The notes under the pieces are model-generated. The model had not been told where the DNA came from and did not search any database. It saw nothing but the letters and a program-made list of their open reading frames with translations. 28,810 nucleotides of DNA. Origin: a candidate division FCPU426 bacterium (GTDB lineage: Bacteria; Oederibacteriota; Muellerivitia; Muellerivitales; Muellerivitaceae). The stretch is from the NCBI GenBank assembly GCA_963847625.1, contig CAWKAR010000035.1, forward strand, positions 1-28,810. Reading direction: 5' to 3'. Positions 18,140-28,810 of the stretch are shown here, piece by piece (positions within the stretch are counted from its first letter, which is position 1; every line of letters begins with the position of its first letter). The position numbers and the translations under genes are program-made.

Positions 18140-18565
18140 TTAAAAAGGGATATCCTCTTCGCTTCCGGACGAAGGCGGGGCTTGGGGCGTTCCCTCAACA
18201 TCCCCTGGTTCCTGATTGCTATCCGCCGGTGCCTTTCCCCGGTTTAAAAATTGGATCCTCTCGGCCACCACTTCCATGATGCTGCGTTTTTGTTTGTCCT
18301 CGGTCTCCCAGGAACGGCTCTGGAGACGGCCCTCCACGAAAAGCGGGTCGCCTTTCTTCTTGTATTCCCCGACCGCCTCGGCTTGTTTTCCCCAGGCCAC
18401 CACCCTCACGAAACAAACATCCTCTTTTTTCTCCCCGGATTGGAGCTGGTACGTCCGGTTGATGGCAAGGCTGAAATTCGCGACTGGCGCCCCCCCGGCG
18501 GTGTAACGCAACTCGGGATCCTTCGTCAGATTGCCCATCAAAAACACTTTATTAAAATTAGGCAT
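18140..18565 (-). CDS. ssb: Single-stranded DNA-binding protein
   Basis: NKVFLMGNLTKDPELRYT, VEGRLQSRSW and C-terminal EEDIPF. Confidence 0.98.
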   Translation of the reverse strand: MPNFNKVFLMGNLTKDPELRYTAGGAPVANFSLAINRTYQLQSGEKKEDVCFVRVVAWGKQAEAVGEYKKKGDPLFVEGRLQSRSWETEDKQKRSIMEVVAERIQFLNRGKAPADSNQEPGDVEGTPQAPPSSGSEEDIPF

Positions 18566-18583
18566 GGGATCTCCCTTCTATAT

Positions 18584-19057
18584 TTAGGGTTGTTCAACTA
18601 GTGGAGTAGCTGGAGCGGAGGGCGGTTCCGGAGCGGGTTTTGGCGCTTCGGGAGCAGGCCTGGGCGCCTGGGGGATTTGGGACGGCCGGGATCCGGAAGA
18701 TGTCCGGTGTGTGGGGCCTTCCGCTGAAGCCGCCTTGACCCTGGGCGGTTTCACTTTGGGTTTCAGGTGGCTGATTTCGTCCTTCACGATCATAAACTTA
18801 ATGACTTTTTCGAGCAGGCGGAAGTTACGGTTTAACTCGGAAACGGATTCCGGCGGCATGGTGACGTGGTAAAACACGTAATGTCCATCCCGGTGCCTTT
18901 TCACCGAATAGGCCAAACGCCTCTTTCCCCAATCGTCTTTTTTGAGGATGGACCCTTTTGAATCCGCCACGATCTTTTCCACTTTGGCGGAAACAGATTC
19001 CATTTCTTCGGGGGTGGAGCCGGGATCCAAAATATAGATGACATCGTATTTATGCAT
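18584..19057 (-). CDS. rpsF: 30S ribosomal protein S6 with Pro/Ala-rich C-terminal tail
   Basis: KYDVIYILDP, DWGKRRLAYSVKRHRDGHY. ATG at 19057 is preceded by a GGGAGG RBS; the ORF-track start at 19171 is too far upstream. Confidence 0.95.
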   Translation of the reverse strand: MHKYDVIYILDPGSTPEEMESVSAKVEKIVADSKGSILKKDDWGKRRLAYSVKRHRDGHYVFYHVTMPPESVSELNRNFRLLEKVIKFMIVKDEISHLKPKVKPPRVKAASAEGPTHRTSSGSRPSQIPQAPRPAPEAPKPAPEPPSAPATPLVEQP

Positions 19058-19178
19058 GAACAGCCTCCCTTTGGATTCTCCATCGGTGATGGAGATAGCC
19101 CTGTCTTGACTAATAAAATTTCCTAAAAAGACAGAGCAGGGCTTCGCAAGAAACCTGGCGGGCTTCCTCAAAGCAGGG
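19058..19178 (-). promoter_or_regulatory. Probable S6:S18 autoregulatory leader
   Basis: CCCTGCT motifs, hairpins (CTGTCTT/AAGACAG; TCTCCATC/GATGGAGA) and CCAAAGGGAGG immediately before rpsF, resembling the known leader layout. Confidence 0.55.
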
Positions 19179-19182
19179 GTGG

Positions 19183-19212
19183 AGTATATTCCCGGATACC
19201 TTCGTCTTTCAA
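19183..19212 (-). promoter_or_regulatory. Putative sigma70 promoter of the rpsF operon
   Basis: TTGAAA (19212-19207), N18, TATACT (19188-19183). Confidence 0.55.
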
Positions 19213-19361
19213 GGTGAAAAAAACGCTGAAATGCACGGGATTTCTTCTAACGATCACCCGATCTTTTGCAAAAAGGTCGGGCTCTAGCATTGCATAATTG
19301 TCTTTGGACGGCGCCGGAGAAGTGTTCGGGGTGAACCTGTTCCGGCGAGTTTCACGGACAG

Positions 19362-19386
19362 CTGACTTCCCGGGGCGGAAGTCAGG
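19362..19386. terminator. Hairpin directly after the pfp stop codon
   Basis: CTGACTTCC-CGGGGC-GGAAGTCAG perfect 9 bp stem; no clear U-tract. Confidence 0.45.
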
Positions 19387-19388
19387 CT

Positions 19389-21053
19389 TTACTTTTCCCG
19401 CTCAAGCCTCAAGGTTTCCGGAACCGAATCGGCGACCTCGGAAGGCCCCCAAAATTGGATGGGACCGGGGCTGGCGTAATCATCCTCCACCTCCCACTTT
19501 TTCCGCAAAGCCGCGAAGGCCTTAAAGGGTTTCCCTTTTAAATCCACCAGGGCCTTCTGGATGACGGCTTTCTCCTTCCCATGGCGGCGCTCCAGGTTCA
19601 TCATCATGGTCAGGGGCACCCCTCCGGCTTTCCACAGGGCGGCCGGTTTCAACAGGTTGCGGACCGAGGAAATGTATCCCGTGAGGCCCCCCGCCACGAG
19701 GTATGCGGACGTGAAACCCAGGGAGTAGCAATAATCGGAGTCGAAGTTCGAAGGGGCGGCGCACCGGCCCTCATAGCCGAAAAAATGCCCTTGGCTTGAG
19801 AACTTTCCGCCGTATTTTCCCTGCTGTTTCCATTGTTTCAGCTTGATCTCGACCGCTTCAAGAAGAAGTTTCTCGGTGTCTATTTTCGAGACTTGAACGT
19901 TGCCGTGGGGATCCCGGTCGGCCAGAAGCTGGATTTGGATGGAATGAGGCAGGGATTGGAACGCCTTTTTGGATTCCTCGCTGAGGCGGTCTTCCACGAA
20001 AATCACTTTTTCAGGCTGGGTCTCAAGTTTTTCGAATTCGGCATTGTGGGCCAGGAGTTCGTTCAGCTCTCCGATGAGTTTTTTCATCTCAGGGATGAAT
20101 TCCAACAATCCCTCGGGAATCACCGCGATTCCGTAATTTTTCTTATCCGCCGCCCGGTCCGCCACCACCCGGCACACCTGTTCCACAATCTGGTCCAAAG
20201 TCCATTGGTTGGACGCGACTTCCTCCGAAATCAGGCAAATATTGGGATGGACTTTCAGGGCCACTTCCAGGGCGATGTGGCTGGCCGAGCGTCCCATCAC
20301 CTTGATAAAGTGCCAGTATTTTTTGGCCGAAAGGCAGTCCCGTCCCACGTTCCCCGCAAGTTCGGCGTAAACCTTGGTGGCGGTGTCGAAACCGAAACTC
20401 ACTTCGATTTGCTGGTTCTTCAGGTCGCCGTCAATGGTTTTAGGGCAACCGATGATGTGGATCGGGACCCGATGGGCTTTGAAGTACTCGGCCAAGACCG
20501 CCGCGTTGGTGTTGGAATCGTCGCCTCCCACCACTACGAGCGCCGAAATACCGGCTTTGGCCAGGTTCTGGTGAACGGCATCGAATTGTTCGGGATTTTC
20601 CAGTTTGGTCCTTCCTGAACCGATAATGTCAAATCCCCCCGTGTTGCGGTAATCCGCCAGCAGTTTTTCGGTGATTTCGATCTTTTTATTCTCGATCAGG
20701 CCGGAAGGCCCCCCCAAGTAACCGGCCAGTTTGTTCCGGGAATTCAATTTTTTAAGTCCATCAAACAGGCCGGCCACCACATTATGCCCTCCCGGGGCTT
20801 GTCCCCCGGACAGGACCAAGGCGACATGAATCTCTTTTTTCAGGGAAACGGGGGCCTTGCCCGGAACAAAAGTCACTTCGGGCTGGCCATAGGTATGAGG
20901 AAATAGTTTCCTTATTTCCGCCTGGTCGCGGATGCTTTTGGTCGTTTTGCCGGTATGGATGGCGACTTTCGAGGGATTTCCCGAAAACGTCTTGGGATAT
21001 TTAGGTTCATAACCAGACCGGGCGATTTTCAAGTAGGGAAGGTTTAATTTCAT
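19389..21053 (-). CDS. pfp: Pyrophosphate-dependent phosphofructokinase (long type)
   Basis: LSGGQAPGGHNV, GGDDSNTNA, PKTIDGDL, MGRSASH and HFFGYEGR motifs. ATG at 21053 with a GGAGG RBS. Confidence 0.95.
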   Translation of the reverse strand: MKLNLPYLKIARSGYEPKYPKTFSGNPSKVAIHTGKTTKSIRDQAEIRKLFPHTYGQPEVTFVPGKAPVSLKKEIHVALVLSGGQAPGGHNVVAGLFDGLKKLNSRNKLAGYLGGPSGLIENKKIEITEKLLADYRNTGGFDIIGSGRTKLENPEQFDAVHQNLAKAGISALVVVGGDDSNTNAAVLAEYFKAHRVPIHIIGCPKTIDGDLKNQQIEVSFGFDTATKVYAELAGNVGRDCLSAKKYWHFIKVMGRSASHIALEVALKVHPNICLISEEVASNQWTLDQIVEQVCRVVADRAADKKNYGIAVIPEGLLEFIPEMKKLIGELNELLAHNAEFEKLETQPEKVIFVEDRLSEESKKAFQSLPHSIQIQLLADRDPHGNVQVSKIDTEKLLLEAVEIKLKQWKQQGKYGGKFSSQGHFFGYEGRCAAPSNFDSDYCYSLGFTSAYLVAGGLTGYISSVRNLLKPAALWKAGGVPLTMMMNLERRHGKEKAVIQKALVDLKGKPFKAFAALRKKWEVEDDYASPGPIQFWGPSEVADSVPETLRLEREK

Positions 21054-21194
21054 TAGGTCCTCCGAATATGGGTTACAGAATTGGGCGGTATTATAAACTC
21101 TTTTTTTTACCAACTTTTGTATAAATTCTTAGAAAAACGACAAGGCAAAAACAAAATAACTGAAAATCTAAACCTGATGGAGAATGAAGCTATT

Positions 21195-21218
21195 CCCCGG
21201 GCTAAAGTCCGGGGTTTC
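21195..21218. repeat. REP-like palindrome 3' of the membrane protein gene
   Basis: CCCCGGGCT-AA-AGTCCGGGG-TTTC. Confidence 0.5.
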
Positions 21219-21233
21219 AACCCTTTTTATATT

Positions 21234-22970
21234 TCAGTTATTCTTAGCCGGTAACACTTCATAAATACTGACCGTGTTCCATTCCTCCACCAAACGAAGG
21301 CCGGGGATGCGGGATGGAAAATGGAATAAGGCGAGTTGCGGCGCCGGGTCCCGGTCCGGTTGCTGGTCCACTAAATAATAAACCTTATGAGCCAGGATGT
21401 AACGGATTCCCAGGTTCTGGAGCAGCCTCACTGTCCAGGGCGAGGTGAAATCCGACATTTTCCGCCGTAAGCGCGCCTCCACGCTGTCCTGATTCTCCTT
21501 TTGAAAGTCTAAATTAAACAAGCGCTTTCCATGGTAAGTCTGCCATAACAGGTAAAACGGCTCGAATTCGTATCGCTGGGCGTCAATGGGATATTCGGCG
21601 ACGATGAAATTTCCAAGCTGGTTTTTCAGCCATACATATTCCGGTGGAATCTTTCGGACATCATAAATCCGGCTGGAAGTGGGGCAGTAAAGCTCAAACC
21701 CCCCCGCCGTGAGCAAGAGGGCTAATAAAGCCCAACGTTTCCAATGGATCGAGGGGGAATAATATGAATAGGCGAAAGCGGATAGCAAGCAAAAGCTCAA
21801 GGATACTAGCAATCCAAAACGGGCGTAAAAACGGAAAGTGGGGAAAAGACAGTAGAAGAGAAGATTGGGCCAAGGAACTATGATTTTGCCGAAGATGGGG
21901 TTGAGGCATAAAAGCCCCGAACCGGCACCCAGCCAAGCCACGGCAATCCAAACTTTCCGGTCCCTTAACGCGCGGTTTTTCCAGATAGCCCAAAACGCCA
22001 GGAGGGCCAACAGCCAAGCCACATATCCCGGATTCACGATATCGTCGATGAACCAGGTGTAGGGTTTTAAGCGTCCCATCCATTCATGGACCCTTGCACC
22101 CCACAAGGGATGGTAATAGGTCGGGATAAAAAAATGAAACCATCTATCTGTTCCCAGGTTGAAGTAAATCCATTTGGGCGCCCTTGTGAACATATCCATA
22201 ATGTTCATGCGGTCTCTAAAAATCCATTGATCCCAAATGGCGGGAATAATCGCAATTACATGGGTGGCGATGAAAAACGCCAAGACGGCGGATGATATTT
22301 TTTTTATTTCCTTTTTATAATATTTCTCCCTGAGCCAAAACAAGGTGAGAAAAGCGGAGCCAAGGCCCGCCATGAACCCAATCACAAAGGAGAAGTTGAA
22401 AAGGGCGATATAAGCCAATCCGGCCCAAAAAGCGGTGGTTATAACCGGTTTTTTGAAAAAAAGGTACAAAGCCAAACCATAAAGGGGGACCCATTGGATA
22501 GCCGCCATTTCGGGATAAGCGCCGGCTTTGGAAAAATGCCAAGGGCTGAACATGTAAAGAAACCCGCCCAGGAGGCTTCCCCCGACGGAACCGGTCATTT
22601 CATATGCCAAAAGGTAAAAAAACCAACCGCTCAGGGGAAAAGTATAGGCGATCAACCAATTGGACGACAGGATTGGATTCAACCATTTAGCCAAGAGGCC
22701 ACCCAGCCAGCAAAAAAATCTTTGGGGCGGGTATTGGATATCCCATCCCCATGGCGCGTTCAGCTGGTTCCAATGGCGGTTCAGGAAAAGCCAATCATGA
22801 TTTTTAAAAAGACACCAATTGCGGTGTAAACTGAATTCAATATCCGAATCCAGGCCGTAAATTTGGAAGGGGCCGAGAAAAAAAAGGGGGTAAGTATAAA
22901 GGATGGATACCAATAGGAAAAAAATCGGCACGCTAATTTTCATCCACATGGATCGCCCTGAAAAATTCAT
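21234..22970 (-). CDS. Polytopic membrane protein, YfhO/GT-C glycosyltransferase-like
   Basis: About 11-13 hydrophobic segments; LLGGFLYMFSPWH, FRFYARFG, YVWLK...VAEYP, LLWQTYHGKRLFN and LGIRYILAH resemble YfhO-like proteins. Confidence 0.65.
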   Translation of the reverse strand: MNFSGRSMWMKISVPIFFLLVSILYTYPLFFLGPFQIYGLDSDIEFSLHRNWCLFKNHDWLFLNRHWNQLNAPWGWDIQYPPQRFFCWLGGLLAKWLNPILSSNWLIAYTFPLSGWFFYLLAYEMTGSVGGSLLGGFLYMFSPWHFSKAGAYPEMAAIQWVPLYGLALYLFFKKPVITTAFWAGLAYIALFNFSFVIGFMAGLGSAFLTLFWLREKYYKKEIKKISSAVLAFFIATHVIAIIPAIWDQWIFRDRMNIMDMFTRAPKWIYFNLGTDRWFHFFIPTYYHPLWGARVHEWMGRLKPYTWFIDDIVNPGYVAWLLALLAFWAIWKNRALRDRKVWIAVAWLGAGSGLLCLNPIFGKIIVPWPNLLFYCLFPTFRFYARFGLLVSLSFCLLSAFAYSYYSPSIHWKRWALLALLLTAGGFELYCPTSSRIYDVRKIPPEYVWLKNQLGNFIVAEYPIDAQRYEFEPFYLLWQTYHGKRLFNLDFQKENQDSVEARLRRKMSDFTSPWTVRLLQNLGIRYILAHKVYYLVDQQPDRDPAPQLALFHFPSRIPGLRLVEEWNTVSIYEVLPAKNN

Positions 22971-23488
22971 AAAAATAATTTCCTGTCTGAATCTTGGACC
23001 GAAACGAGGAATTACTTAGTTTTATTAGCTCATTGCCAGCCTTCGTACAGTTTATTTTGGTGGCAAGCAGATTCCACGCACTATCGTTGTTAAGCCGGCT
23101 TTAGCCTTTCCTTTCAAATTCGATCCGAATAATTTAAGAAATTCAAAGTCCCAACTAAGTTCTCAAAGTAACCCCTAGCACAGTAACCACCCGGGTCATG
23201 GAAGCGTCCGTCCGCATGCTTCTATATTTATATTGGTCAAACTGAAAGGGTAAACCACTCGCCAAATGTTTATCATTATGCCATTCCTTCTTTGGTTGTT
23301 TAAACAATAAACCAAAACCATTTCCATTGTTAGTCTCAGGCTTTTGCCGAAATTCTGTTTGGTTAACCCCTGCTTACGCCCCAAGTTAAGCTTGCTAATT
23401 CAACGTTTATTTTGTATTAGTAAAGACTCACTTTCTGCTTCGAAAGAATCCGGAGTTGGAAAGTATAAAAACAGTGAAGGACGGGAAA

Positions 23489-24556
23489 ATGAACATATCC
23501 GATATCGAAAAACACTTAGGGAAAAACGCCAAGGATCTCCTGGGTTACCAATGCAAAGGGATCTCCAAGAATGATCTTCACATACCCGGCGGGGATTGGG
23601 TGGACCGCATCTTCTCCCAGTCAGACCGCAACAACCGGGTGCTATCCAGCCTGCAGTGGCTTTACTCCAACGGCCGCCTGGCGGGAACCGGATATGTTTC
23701 CATATTGCCGGTGGACCAGGGCATCGAGCACTCCGCCGGCGCTTCCTTCGCCAAGAACCCCATCTACTTCGACGCCGAGAACATCATCAAGCTCGCCATG
23801 GAGGGCGGCTGCAACGCGGTGGCCTCGACCCTGGGTGTCATGGGCATCGTGTCCCGCAAGTTGGCCCACAAAATTCCTTTCATCGTGAAGCTCAACCACA
23901 ACGAGCTTTTGACCTATCCCAATAAGGCCTCGGAGTTCTATTTCGGCTCAGTCAAGCAGTCTTATGATATGGGCGCGGCCGGCGTGGGTGCCACCATTTA
24001 CTTCGGCAGTGATGACGCGCAGAAAGAAATCGAGGAGACCACTAAGGCGTTCCAACTGGCTCATGAGCTGGGCTTATTCACGGTTCTTTGGTGCTACCTT
24101 CGCAACAAGGCTTTCAAGACCAAGGAAAAGGACTTTCACGTGTCGGCGGACTTGACCGGCCAGGCCAACCACTTGGGCGTCACAATCGAGGCGGACATCA
24201 TCAAGCAGAAACTGCCTGAGAACAACGGCGGATTCGTGTACTTGAACCAGGAGTCCAGTTACGGAAAGTTCGACAAGCGCATGTATGACACTCTTTGTCC
24301 CGACCATCCCATCGAGTGGACGCGCTGGCAGGTGGCCAACTGTTATATGGGCCGGGCGGGTTTGATTAATTCCGGCGGCGCTTCGGGCGAGAACGACTTT
24401 GGGGAGGCGGTCAGGACCGCGGTCATCAACAAGCGTGCGGGCGGCATGGGGCTCATTTCCGGCCGAAAGGCGTTCCAACGCCCAATGGCTGAAGGCGCCA
24501 AGCTTCTGCAGACCATCCAGGACGTCTACCTCTGCAAGGATGTGACAGTCGCGTAA
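23489..24556 (+). CDS. fbaB: Class I fructose-bisphosphate aldolase (FbaB/DhnA type)
   Basis: [31 protein letters not shown] (Schiff-base Lys), [12 protein letters not shown]. Start placed at ATG 23489. Confidence 0.96.
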   Translation: MNISDIEKHLGKNAKDLLGYQCKGISKNDLHIPGGDWVDRIFSQSDRNNRVLSSLQWLYSNGRLAGTGYVSILPVDQGIEHSAGASFAKNPIYFDAENIIKLAMEGGCNAVASTLGVMGIVSRKLAHKIPFIVKLNHNELLTYPNKASEFYFGSVKQSYDMGAAGVGATIYFGSDDAQKEIEETTKAFQLAHELGLFTVLWCYLRNKAFKTKEKDFHVSADLTGQANHLGVTIEADIIKQKLPENNGGFVYLNQESSYGKFDKRMYDTLCPDHPIEWTRWQVANCYMGRAGLINSGGASGENDFGEAVRTAVINKRAGGMGLISGRKAFQRPMAEGAKLLQTIQDVYLCKDVTVA

Positions 24557-24569
24557 CAGGCAGGTTGTC

Positions 24570-24614
24570 AAAAAAGCCCCTGGCTTCGAAAAGAAACCAG
24601 GGGCTTTTTATTTT
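24570..24614. terminator. Bidirectional intrinsic terminator between convergent genes
   Basis: AAAAAAGCCCCTGG...CCAGGGGCTTTTTATTTT. Confidence 0.88.
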
Positions 24615-24646
24615 AAAAAACCGTTTTCCAACGATTTAGATTCAAT

Positions 24647-28810
<4,164 letters not shown>

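Noticed and set aside
22971..23488. Small ORFs or a gene remnant in the divergent intergenic region
   Set aside because: Short, no recognisable motifs, no clear RBS.

Overview
Bacterial chromosomal window with an accessory left arm and a housekeeping right arm. Left arm (1-9.0 kb): an IS3-family (IS407-group) element truncates hsdM of a minus-strand type I restriction-modification operon (hsdR-hsdS-hsdM). Upstream of hsdR lies a ~1.4 kb non-coding composite array of short motifs (TGCGGGCAGG x21, TGTGGGCRGKTTATC x12, ACTGGGTT, GTTTACCAG) held at 21-22 bp or 42-43 bp spacing with variable linkers. A second IS3-family element (7141-8448, CCTT target duplication) sits in the loop of one of the array's hairpin units. 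Middle and right: two very large Thr-Pro stalk proteins sharing a FlgD-Ig/T9SS-CTD-like C-terminus (1544 aa; and >1300 aa with an NHL propeller, running off the window), a long AraC regulator, a highly structured intergenic region, rpsF-ssb-rpsR-DUF2232-rplI, PPi-dependent phosphofructokinase, a YfhO/GT-C-like membrane protein and class I aldolase fbaB. A T29/G39 homopolymer near 28.6 kb looks like a sequencing or assembly artefact. The best novelty candidates are the phased motif array and the stalk-protein/CTD/GT-C surface system. All family calls come from motif recognition by eye; no database search was run.
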